Below are positions 1 to 7,396 of a stretch of 64,000 nt of DNA, piece after piece. Both the position numbers and the translations under genes were made by a program. Numbering within the stretch: the stretch's first letter is position 1; each line of letters begins with the position of its first letter. Origin of the DNA: an uncultured virus (IMG/VR IMGVR_UViG_3300028840_003967) (Duplodnaviria; Heunggongvirae; Uroviricota; Caudoviricetes); IMG/VR virus record IMGVR_UViG_3300028840_003967, positions 1 through 64,000 of that record, one strand, 5' to 3'. Below the pieces are notes generated by a model. The model saw only the letters and a program-made list of their open reading frames with translations, had not been told where the DNA came from and made no database searches.

Positions 1-659
1 CGTTGGTTTGAAAACACCTTGTCTTTTTCGGAAAAGATTCCACTCTCCAATATCACCTTTATCGCATCTGGATGGCCGTCAGCGGGTTGGATGAAAACTT
101 CTCTCACAAAGACTTCTTCTTTCAGGATTTCCTCGACTTCCCTCATGTCCTGTTCCGTGCCGACAACGAACTTGAAATAGCAATTCGTCATATAACGGAC
201 CAATGTAGGAAGCGCACTGCGCCTACCGGAGCTAGAGAGTTTCGGAGAAATGATCCATGCGTCAATGCAAACGAAATGTTTCGGATCGCACTTGTCCAGA
301 AGTTCCCCGTTCGTTTCGATTGAAGTCCCGAACGCCGGTTCGATCTCTTTGCAGATTTGAACAATCTGTGGAAGGAAGATAGTAGGCTCACCGCCAGTGA
401 AAACAACATGGCGCTTGTGAAGAGGAAAAGACTTCAAAACAGAAATAACATACTCGACAGATAACGAAAGGTGTTTTGTTTCCGCCTGACTCGGTTTGAT
501 ATTTTCCGGTTTGTAGCCGCTATCGCACCAACTACATGTTCGATTGCATCCAAGAGTCCTCAGAAAAACAGAAGGAAGGCCAACTGTTGGACCTTCCCCG
601 GAAATCGTCTCATAAATTTCATGTACACCAATTTCTTTAGGAGTTCCTTGCCTCCGCAT
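1..659 (-). CDS. queE: 7-carboxy-7-deazaguanine synthase (radical SAM), runs off left edge; missing from ORF track
   Basis: Manual translation from ATG 659: MRRQGTPKEIGVHEIYETISGEGPTVGLPSVFLRTLGCNRTCSWCDSGY...VVFTGGEP...SIETNG...ISPK; CxxxCxxC and GGEP motifs. Confidence 0.92.
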   Translation of the reverse strand, partial: MRRQGTPKEIGVHEIYETISGEGPTVGLPSVFLRTLGCNRTCSWCDSGYKPENIKPSQAETKHLSLSVEYVISVLKSFPLHKRHVVFTGGEPTIFLPQIVQICKEIEPAFGTSIETNGELLDKCDPKHFVCIDAWIISPKLSSSGRRSALPTLVRYMTNCYFKFVVGTEQDMREVEEILKEEVFVREVFIQPADGHPDAIKVILESGIFSEKDKVFSNQ

Positions 660-1053
660 AAGATGTATTCGTTTCCCAAACGCGAAGGGAGTCCAGTCTT
701 GCGGATTCATGCTCGAAACACTCCTTCATCTCCGCGAACCAATGAAGCGCCAACACTTCAACCGTAGGGTCTTGATGGATTATGAACACGTGTTCCCTGA
801 AGCCGCCCTCAATGAGAACGCCCGCGAGAGGATCGTCTATTTTGAGAACGACTTTATGATCCCATCTCTCCACGACGTGTTTCAACTTTTTGAGTTCCGC
901 GAAGTCCACCACAAATCCGTTGTCGCCTATGTTGCCGTAGGCCGTCAACTCCACGCGGTAGTTGTGCCCGTGCAAGAAACGACACTTCCCTTCGTGCCGC
1001 ATCAACCTATGGGCGATAGAGAACTCGCCCAAAAATTTCGTTACCTTGACCAT
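637..1053 (-). CDS. queD: 6-carboxy-5,6,7,8-tetrahydropterin synthase
   Basis: AHRL..HEGKCRFLHGHNY, VVDF, WDHK, PTVE, VWET motifs. Confidence 0.95.
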   Translation of the reverse strand: MVKVTKFLGEFSIAHRLMRHEGKCRFLHGHNYRVELTAYGNIGDNGFVVDFAELKKLKHVVERWDHKVVLKIDDPLAGVLIEGGFREHVFIIHQDPTVEVLALHWFAEMKECFEHESARLDSLRVWETNTSYAEARNS

Positions 1054-1057
1054 TAGT

Positions 1058-1255
1058 TTACCTCATTCCTAGGCTACCTCTTCCTTTGTCCTTGCACGCA
1101 TTCCGACCGAGTTTTTGTTCGATCCACACTTGCGCCATGGGCCGATCTTCTTTCTTCAACGTCTTGAAATCCTCAAAGCACTCATTACACACGGCATGTC
1201 CCGCGATTGTCCTATGAGGATTCCCTTCGTTTTCCCGGCAGGCGCAACATCTCAT
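1058..1255 (-). CDS. small Zn-finger-like hypothetical protein
   Basis: CxxC...HxVCxxC; fits operon spacing. Confidence 0.5.
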   Translation of the reverse strand: MRCCACRENEGNPHRTIAGHAVCNECFEDFKTLKKEDRPMAQVWIEQKLGRNACKDKGRGSLGMR

Positions 1256-1258
1256 ACC

Positions 1259-1564
1259 CTACTCTCCTTTGTCTTCTTCGGATTTTTCACCTTCATCTTC
1301 CTTGGGCGCTTCTTCAGGGGATACGACAGTCTTCGGAGGAGCGTCAAAGACGTACTCGACAGTCTTGTTCTTTACGGCTTCGGTGAAATTCCGAAACATG
1401 TTCACGCAATCGACACGGTTCTCGTAGCCTTGCCCGCCTTGCGAGCCGGTGCCGAAGAGATAATTCCCGTTGGCACTGTACACGCTTACCTCGTGTTTGG
1501 CTTTCTTTCCCTTTCCCTGCCTGCTGAACACGACTTGATGAGTCATCTTTCCTGAAATCGCCAT
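1259..1564 (-). CDS. hypothetical protein, DUF1508/YegP-like; may have an in-frame N-terminal TM extension from ~1681
   Basis: AAGGAG RBS before ATG 1564; SANGNYLFGTG..GYENRVDC resembles YegP/DUF1508. Confidence 0.45.
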   Translation of the reverse strand: MAISGKMTHQVVFSRQGKGKKAKHEVSVYSANGNYLFGTGSQGGQGYENRVDCVNMFRNFTEAVKNKTVEYVFDAPPKTVVSPEEAPKEDEGEKSEEDKGE

Positions 1565-1726
1565 TGATTCGCTCCTTTCTTTCTCTTCAATCTTACTTCT
1601 CCAAAAAGCAAAAAACGACAATGCTCCCACAAGAGCTATGATCGTGAGCGCATACATTAGGTCTACCATGTGATCTCTCATGGTTTTACTCGCTCGTGAT
1701 TCGAAGTTCTCCAAAACAGCGCGTCG

Positions 1727-2016
1727 TGGCTCCCCCGCCTGGATTCGAACCAGGAATCGCGGATTACGCAGAAAGACGGAGCCTCCCAACAGTAACGGCA
1801 CGATGACAAACAGCACAGAGCAACACGCACTTCTCAGCTTCTTTCCGCAGTCGTTCATATGATTCATTACACCCAGCAATTACAAATAGCTTTCGTATGC
1901 CTTTTCGATGATGAAAGTCAAAGCCTTCTCGCCCATCTCGCGTCGGCGTTTTGTCTTCGTCCCTTTCTGCATTTTCAATCTCCTTCGCCGTCGTGATACC
2001 ATTTCACCACAGGGAA
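1727..2016 (-). tRNA. interrupted tRNA gene (Asn- or Gln-like; anticodon not intact)
   Basis: 5' half 2016-~1987 TTCCCTG-TG-GTGA AATGGTA TCAC (acceptor + D-arm); 3' half 1766-1727 TAATCCGC GATT CCTGG TTCGAAT CCAGG CGGGGGA G CCA; acceptor strands pair 7/7 (two G:U). Confidence 0.8.
1764..1972 (-). pseudogene. frameshifted HNH endonuclease remnant inside the tRNA anticodon arm
   Basis: AAGGAG-N7-ATG MQKGTKTKRRREMGEKAL, then a 1-nt shift to DFHHRKGIRKLFVI...ERLRKEAEKCVLLCAVCHR; stop TAA lies in the anticodon-loop position. Confidence 0.7.
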
Positions 2017-2583
2017 TCATTTTATGTGCTCCAGGATTTCATCCTTGACTTGCAAACCCGCTTGCCCGAGCACGACGCAGACTTTGGTCGCCGCATGGAT
2101 GTCACCAGTTCCCGTGCATACACACGCATGGTGGGCCTTGGAGAGAACGCAAACGGCTTCAGGTTTGAGCCTTTCTTCAAGCTCTGCGGCGATTCTATGC
2201 GTGAACTCTTCTTGAAGAGTTCCGACCTTCGAGAAGAATTCAACCAACTGTGGAAGTTTCGAGAATCCGACGATGTGTTTTCCTGGTAAATAACCGATTC
2301 CGACTGTCCCATAGAACGGCACGAAGTGATGTTGGCAGATCGATACGAAACAGATGTCTCGCATGACAACGATGTCGTTCCCTCTTGATTTGAACAACTT
2401 GAAGTCGAAAGGTAATCGGTGAGGATAGCGATCATTGATCTTGTCCTTGTTCGCTGTCATCTGTTCAAGCATCTTGACGACACGCCGGGGAGTCTCCAGC
2501 GTTTCGTTCTTCAGCTTTATGCCTAGATGGTGGCACATCCGGGCATAGGCTTTTTCAGCCGATTTACGCTTTCTGGCGTTCAC
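2017..2583 (-). CDS. folE: GTP cyclohydrolase I
   Basis: ETPRRV, SICQHHFVPFYG, GFSKL, LQE, HAC Zn ligands. Confidence 0.93.
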   Translation of the reverse strand: MNARKRKSAEKAYARMCHHLGIKLKNETLETPRRVVKMLEQMTANKDKINDRYPHRLPFDFKLFKSRGNDIVVMRDICFVSICQHHFVPFYGTVGIGYLPGKHIVGFSKLPQLVEFFSKVGTLQEEFTHRIAAELEERLKPEAVCVLSKAHHACVCTGTGDIHAATKVCVVLGQAGLQVKDEILEHIK

Positions 2584-3265
2584 AGAACTCCTCCCAACCC
2601 TTCTTTCGGAGTAAGCAAGCTGGACATTTTCCGCATCCGTGTCCCCAACTGTGTTTGCCTAACCCTGTGTTATAGCAAGTCGCTGTTTCAGTCAAGATGG
2701 TTTCCAGAACGCCCAACTCATCCGCTGCTTCAAAGATGCGCGCCTTCGTCATGTTTATTAACGGCGTGAACAGGCGCACAGTGTTCTTAGGCAATCCCAA
2801 GGCGAAGTTGATAGCGTCTTCACACGCAGCAACAAACTCATAACGGCAATCAGGATAGCCGCTGGAATCCGCTTGGCACACGCCGCTGTAGATGTGCTCT
2901 ATCCCCCGGCTGACGGCCACTCCGGCAGCGATAGAGAAGAACACCATGTTCCGGCCAGGAACAAACGACGTGGGCAATCCCTTGAACCTCTTGCTTTCCT
3001 CGATCTTCTCAAAACTGTACCCTGTCAGAGCGGAATCGAGGAGTGCTCCGTAGTTCTTCAAATCAACGGTGTCGTGCTTGCGGACTTCGAAGATTTTCCC
3101 TATCCGCTTTGCTTGGAGCAGTTCCATCTCATGCCGCTGGCCGTAACAAAAAGACAGAGCATCCACGAACGGATACTTGAAGTTCCGTTTCATCAGCGCA
3201 AGACAGGTTGCCGAATCCTGTCCGCCGGAAAGAAGAATCAGTGCGCCTTTTTGTCCTGATTCCAT
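2564..3265 (-). CDS. queC: 7-cyano-7-deazaguanine synthase (canonical)
   Basis: SGGQDS PP-loop, YGQRH, VPGRN, GYPDC, TCY..CGKCPAC Zn site. Confidence 0.95.
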   Translation of the reverse strand: MESGQKGALILLSGGQDSATCLALMKRNFKYPFVDALSFCYGQRHEMELLQAKRIGKIFEVRKHDTVDLKNYGALLDSALTGYSFEKIEESKRFKGLPTSFVPGRNMVFFSIAAGVAVSRGIEHIYSGVCQADSSGYPDCRYEFVAACEDAINFALGLPKNTVRLFTPLINMTKARIFEAADELGVLETILTETATCYNTGLGKHSWGHGCGKCPACLLRKKGWEEFCERQKA

Positions 3266-3936
3266 TTCTTGTACACCTTCTGTGCAGAGGTTATCGCGGA
3301 AGCCCGAACCAAACATGCGAGGCACACTTCGCAACCTTTTGGATCGTAGTTGCAGGAATTCGTTTTTTCAAGATCGATGCCGAGACTAAGCGCGAGCAAA
3401 GCAACTTGATGCTTCTGGAATCCGCATTCAAGAAACGGCGCTCGTATCTCGGTGATTTCGTCTTTCGTGAAGCCGCCGACTTCCTGAAGTTCCCGATACG
3501 TGTCAAGGAAAGCGGAAGTGCGATCCGAATGCGGTTCCTCCTCTTCGTGATGGAAACCCACGAACAGGTCCATCTCTTCTATGCTGGCCAAACAAGCGCC
3601 CTGTGTGATGAGGAAAGTGTTCCTTCCGTTGATGTAGTCCTTGGCAATGGAACTGCGTCCAGGTTCTATCTTCTCGCCAAAGCGGAAAATCGGCCCGCCT
3701 TTGACTTCATCTTTCATCGGTATGTCAGCCCTGTGCCTCACCAAGAATCCTCTCCCGAGAACTCCTTGATGATACTCGACGTACTCTATGGACTTTTCTG
3801 TTGTCACTTGCCCGAAGTCAACGACCAAGTTGATGATCCGTTCTTCAGGGTTCACTCCGTACACAAAGGGGTTCTTTGCGATGGCATAGAACAGCGCGGT
3901 AGAATCTAGTCCTCCAGAAGCCAGGATCACGGGCAT
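3238..3936 (-). CDS. second, divergent QueC-family PP-loop ATPase
   Basis: SGGLDS, DFGQ, NGRN, SCNY..CEVCLAC retained; YPDC replaced by HSDR. Confidence 0.85.
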   Translation of the reverse strand: MPVILASGGLDSTALFYAIAKNPFVYGVNPEERIINLVVDFGQVTTEKSIEYVEYHQGVLGRGFLVRHRADIPMKDEVKGGPIFRFGEKIEPGRSSIAKDYINGRNTFLITQGACLASIEEMDLFVGFHHEEEEPHSDRTSAFLDTYRELQEVGGFTKDEITEIRAPFLECGFQKHQVALLALSLGIDLEKTNSCNYDPKGCEVCLACLVRASAITSAQKVYKKWNQDKKAH

Positions 3937-4325
3937 TTTCTTTCTCCTTCCGCTGTGCAACGTATCCTCACACCGCCGCGAGAGTTGAACGTGGTACTCA
4001 CACTCACAGTCAAAGGATCGATGGCTTTCAAGAAGTCATCTCGAATCCTTGCTGTGATGCTTTCCTGAAACGCCTTGAAGTTCCTGTAGCTCCCCAAGTA
4101 CAGCTTCAGCGACTTCGATTCACAGATGCTTTCGAAAGGCGTGTACTGTATGTCGATTGCCCCGAAGTCCGGTTGTCCCGTCACCGGACAGAGAGACGTG
4201 AACTCTTCGAAAGAAATGCAGATACTCGGCGTTGGATGCTTCACTTGGAAAGGAACGCCTACGAGCAAGGATGGCGAATATTCTTCTGGAAACGGAACCA
4301 CTTTGCCGAGCGGGATGTCTTCCAT
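3927..4325 (-). CDS. queF: preQ0 reductase, unimodular type
   Basis: EFTSLCPVTGQPDF and QueF motif ESKSLKLYL, C-terminal RGG. Confidence 0.93.
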   Translation of the reverse strand: MEDIPLGKVVPFPEEYSPSLLVGVPFQVKHPTPSICISFEEFTSLCPVTGQPDFGAIDIQYTPFESICESKSLKLYLGSYRNFKAFQESITARIRDDFLKAIDPLTVSVSTTFNSRGGVRIRCTAEGERKCP

Positions 4326-4350
4326 GGCCGTACCGTCCACTGCGGAGAGT

Positions 4351-4404
4351 AAAAGAAAAAGGCGAGTATTTCTAGCGTCCGCAAACGCTAACGGTTGACT
4401 CGCC
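4351..4404 (-). terminator. long hairpin with U-tract upstream of que operon
   Basis: GGCGAGT..TAGCGT TTGCGG ACGCTA..ACTCGCC followed by TTTTTCTTTT. Confidence 0.7.
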
Positions 4405-4423
4405 TTCCCCCTACAACGAATGC

Positions 4424-4579
4424 TTACGGTCGCGGGGGACGCCTTCGCTTGCCAGCCTGCACGCCCAGGCGCTGTCTGCCACGGCCTGCCGCTGCACCCC
4501 CACGGCGACGGCCTGCACGAACGCCTCGACGCCCTTTGCGGCCTGCCGCTGCTGTTCCCCCCTTTCCTCCCCCTGGCAT
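4424..4579 (-). CDS. protamine-like Arg/Gly-rich 51-aa peptide
   Basis: GGAGG RBS, own promoter and terminator; MPGGGKGG...RKGRRGVRAGRRRGG..., no acidic residues. Confidence 0.7.
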   Translation of the reverse strand: MPGGGKGGTAAAGRKGRRGVRAGRRRGGAAAGRGRQRLGVQAGKRRRPPRP

Positions 4580-4630
4580 GATCGCCTCCTCTCTTCCTTG
4601 TACCGGCCTGAGTGCCAGTACGACGATCAC

Positions 4631-4659
4631 AGCCTAGTAGAATCCCGGCTTCCCGTCAA
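4631..4659 (-). promoter_or_regulatory. sigma70-like promoter
   Basis: TTGACG-N17-TAGGCT. Confidence 0.6.
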
Positions 4660-5120
4660 GCGGACGGCTTATCCGAACTTGCTTCTTGAGGGGTTATTTT
4701 ATGCACAGGACGCCAGTTTGCAACCCTGAAATTCTTGTGATTCTCAGGAACCACACTCACAAGGCGCAAAACTGAGCAATCTTTGATGATTTTTTCCTTC
4801 GTTTCCCGGTTCTCGACTACGACGCTCGTCCAGTAGGGGATACAGGCGACACGCAGCCTGGAACGCTTGGTGACGAAATCCCTGTTGATGGCCCTGCATG
4901 TGATGATCGCGCACTTGTACGCTTGGTGGCCCGCGTTCGCCCCGAGAAAGACGAACTCGATAGGGCGCACTCCCCGTGCCCACAGGTTGTAGGCGTCCAT
5001 CCCTATCTTGAAAACTTGGGTCGCTCCGCTGATCCTCACAGACCCCCGGTGGTAGCTGTACTCAGCCTTCTTCACCGAGCCGGTCTTCTCTTCTTTGATG
5101 TTCCCGTTTGCTTCCGGCAT
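4656..5120 (-). CDS. SpoVS-like (Alba-fold) protein
   Basis: VRIS...IEFVFLGANAGHQAYKCAII...CIP resembles SpoVS EIQAIGAGALNQAVKAVAI...CIP. Confidence 0.6.
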   Translation of the reverse strand: MPEANGNIKEEKTGSVKKAEYSYHRGSVRISGATQVFKIGMDAYNLWARGVRPIEFVFLGANAGHQAYKCAIITCRAINRDFVTKRSRLRVACIPYWTSVVVENRETKEKIIKDCSVLRLVSVVPENHKNFRVANWRPVHKITPQEASSDKPSA

Positions 5121-5476
5121 TGTTCCATCCTCGCTTTCGGCAGTAGGGCAGCAATGGTTTTGATGTCTCCCGGATCGATCAACACAAGGAACTGAGGGCA
5201 TCCCTTCTGTCTGTGTTGTCGCCGTTGGGCCAAGGCCACGATGAGAGGCTTACCCTCTTCCTGTGCCTTGGGAAGCTGCTCCTTCCACAGCTCCACAGCC
5301 GCGTGCTTGTCGCGGTACTTCGTTTCGATGTAGAAGTGAGGGCTACGGGAGTCTGATTGGGTGTCGTGGCCCGAGTTGCTACCAGACAGAGGAACGCGCT
5401 TGGTTCCGAAGAACGCCGCTACATCGGCTTCGACCTTCTTCCAGTGCTTCGATCTCTGCTTCGCTGTGCGGGCCAT
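5072..5476 (-). CDS. Holliday junction resolvase-like PD-(D/E)XK nuclease
   Basis: KVEADVA...RVPLSG...SD...YIETK...GKPLIV. Confidence 0.7.
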   Translation of the reverse strand: MARTAKQRSKHWKKVEADVAAFFGTKRVPLSGSNSGHDTQSDSRSPHFYIETKYRDKHAAVELWKEQLPKAQEEGKPLIVALAQRRQHRQKGCPQFLVLIDPGDIKTIAALLPKARMEQCRKQTGTSKKRRPAR

Positions 5477-5497
5477 GACTCTCTCCTGATCTGCCGA

Positions 5498-5525
5498 AGT
5501 CTACGAGGTTTTCACCGCCTGTCAA
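5498..5525 (-). promoter_or_regulatory. sigma70-like promoter
   Basis: TTGACA-N16-TAGACT in intergenic gap. Confidence 0.55.
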
Positions 5526-5573
5526 CCATTTCCTCTTCGACTTCTCGTTGATGACTCGGCTTTCTCCGGCAAC

Positions 5574-6065
5574 TCAAGCTCGACTAGAGCGTTCATACTC
5601 GACACTCCTTCTGCTTTGATCGCGGCTCAACGCCTTGGATTTCCGGTCGTAGTTGTCCACTCGCGTTTCAAGGGCGATTTTCATCGCCTCAAGTTCCTCG
5701 CACCTACGGACCAACTTTTGAATCTTCGGATCAAGGTCCATCTCCGCATCCTGTTCGTACTTCTTTTTCCCTCCGCTTGCGAATCGAATCCTCGCCCTTG
5801 CCGTGCGCAAACTTCTTTGCGCACCGATCAACTGGATTCTCGTTTTGGCGAGATGATCGTTGGCATAGGCATACCACGCCACCATAGCCGTGTAAGCTCG
5901 TTGCAGCCTCTTGGGCGGCAGGCGTGTAGGGTCAATCGGCATTTGCGCCGTGCTGTCCTTCGGCTTGTCCGTATCGACGATACCTACAGCGCGAATGCGG
6001 CGCTCCGTTTCTTCGAGGATGGTCCTTTTCTTTTTGCTTTTCGTCCCTTTGCGTTTTTTAACCAT
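5574..6065 (-). CDS. helical coiled-coil protein, possibly UvsY-like recombination mediator
   Basis: Coiled-coil pattern, position in recombination module. Confidence 0.4.
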   Translation of the reverse strand: MVKKRKGTKSKKKRTILEETERRIRAVGIVDTDKPKDSTAQMPIDPTRLPPKRLQRAYTAMVAWYAYANDHLAKTRIQLIGAQRSLRTARARIRFASGGKKKYEQDAEMDLDPKIQKLVRRCEELEAMKIALETRVDNYDRKSKALSRDQSRRSVEYERSSRA

Positions 6066-6859
6066 TTCCTTCCCTTTCTCTCATCCCAACAAATGTTGGT
6101 GTAGAAACATCCCTTGCAAGGAAAACGGTGCACAGACTCCCCTTCCCTCTTCGGCAACTTCCGGTTGTCCACGTGGTCACGGAGATAATCCAAACGCTTC
6201 TTCCGTTTCCTTTCGTCGCTCTTGTTGAACTCGAAAAACGTCTCGCGCAACGTTTGATCGTTCTTGTTCTCGTAGATGAACACGGCACGATGAATCTTCA
6301 AGTGCTTCATGTACATGTGAATCTGCTGCTTGTACCCTTCCTTCCCGTAATGCCGTCCAAGGTTCTTGAAGCCGTAGTCATTGATGGATTTGAAATCGAC
6401 GATGTACTTCTTCCCCTTTAGACTCACTATGGCGTCACAGGTTCCTTGTTCATCGCCGACAGTGAAGGGAACTTCGATGTCATCTATCGTACAAAGGCCC
6501 ATTCGGACGAAGAGGACTTGCATTCGCAAGTGAAGCGAATCGCCCGTGGCAAAGATTCGCTGTGACTTGGCGATGTCCGCGATACCACCCATCGGAGGTT
6601 TGTTCTTGGGTGCGCGCATGGATTTGTAGACAGTCCTTCTAGCGCATCCCCCGATAGCGGAAGGATGATAATACTTGTCCCTGTAGTCTTTCTTCGCGGC
6701 CTTCCACTGCTTGAACTTGCGTTCGGCCAATGCCAGTTCGATCTTTGCTTCGGCACGCCGAATGTCAACGTCCGTTATTTCCCGGCGCATGAGGGCCATC
6801 TGTTCATCGTAAAGGAAGCGATCAATGACGTTGATGAACGAGACTTTCCTCTTCTTCAT
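5984..6859 (-). CDS. Cas4-like PD-(D/E)XK exonuclease
   Basis: HPSAIGGC, GDSLH, GTCD, VDFKS, QxxxYM, CKGC..IC Fe-S ligands. Confidence 0.85.
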   Translation of the reverse strand: MKKRKVSFINVIDRFLYDEQMALMRREITDVDIRRAEAKIELALAERKFKQWKAAKKDYRDKYYHPSAIGGCARRTVYKSMRAPKNKPPMGGIADIAKSQRIFATGDSLHLRMQVLFVRMGLCTIDDIEVPFTVGDEQGTCDAIVSLKGKKYIVDFKSINDYGFKNLGRHYGKEGYKQQIHMYMKHLKIHRAVFIYENKNDQTLRETFFEFNKSDERKRKKRLDYLRDHVDNRKLPKREGESVHRFPCKGCFYTNICWDERKGRKWLKNAKGRKAKRKGPSSKKRSAAFAL

Positions 6860-7286
6860 CTTGTTCACGTCTTTCCACAGGTTGCGAAGCATTCTTCTTT
6901 GACTCCCTGTATTTGTCGATCTGACCCTTAGCTTCTTTCAAACCAAGACCTGTTCTGGCACGGTACTTCTTGACGGCAGGAATGATTCCATCCTGAATGT
7001 GTTTATCGACCAGCTTCTTCTCTTCCTCGTTCAATTCTGGAAACGTACCAACACGAACGGCCTTGGTGATCTCCGGGTACGCTTGCCACACATGAGCCGC
7101 CCGAGTAGTGACCACGCGATGCTCCGTTCCGGGAGCGTAGGCGTCGATATACTTCTGAAGTGTTCTTTTCTTGTGCGCCGTCACAAGATCGACAGTTTCA
7201 TATTCGAAGCCTTTTCCTTTGATAGTTCGCAAAAGTCCGTAGTAAGTCCGCTTCGTCCTTGTACCAAACCCCATTGCGCTAGCCAT
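6822..7286 (-). CDS. protein with C-terminal ribosomal bL12 (L7/L12) CTD-like motif
   Basis: IPAVKKYRARTGLGLKEAKGQID. Confidence 0.7.
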   Translation of the reverse strand: MASAMGFGTRTKRTYYGLLRTIKGKGFEYETVDLVTAHKKRTLQKYIDAYAPGTEHRVVTTRAAHVWQAYPEITKAVRVGTFPELNEEEKKLVDKHIQDGIIPAVKKYRARTGLGLKEAKGQIDKYRESKKNASQPVERREQDEEEESLVHQRH

Positions 7287-7310
7287 GATCGTTTCTCCTT
7301 TCGGTCAGTG

Positions 7311-7386
7311 AAAATGCAAACGCGGGTTCAAGGCGTCGGCTCTCCCTCTCCCCCGCGTTTGCAAGCCGCCCGTCCCAGGGGGCAGC
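7311..7386 (-). promoter_or_regulatory. tandem hairpins (terminator or structured leader)
   Basis: Perfect 12-bp IR TGCAAACGCGGG 7315-7326/7352-7363 followed by TTTT; second IR 7365-7386. Confidence 0.55.
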
Positions 7387-7396
7387 CGTTTTCCAA

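Noticed and set aside
1727..2016. tmRNA or canonical group I intron interpretation of the split tRNA
   Set aside because: It has a full D-arm, lacks the G3:U70/A73 alanine identity and has no tag-like ORF. The insert is filled by an HNH ORF and I see no group I core, though a covariance search was not run.
4326..4423. preQ1 riboswitch upstream of queF
   Set aside because: No recognisable preQ1-I stem with A-rich tail; only a terminator-like hairpin.
5984..6859. CRISPR-Cas system suggested by the Cas4-like gene
   Set aside because: No repeat-spacer array or other cas genes; solo Cas4-like exonucleases are common in phage recombination modules.
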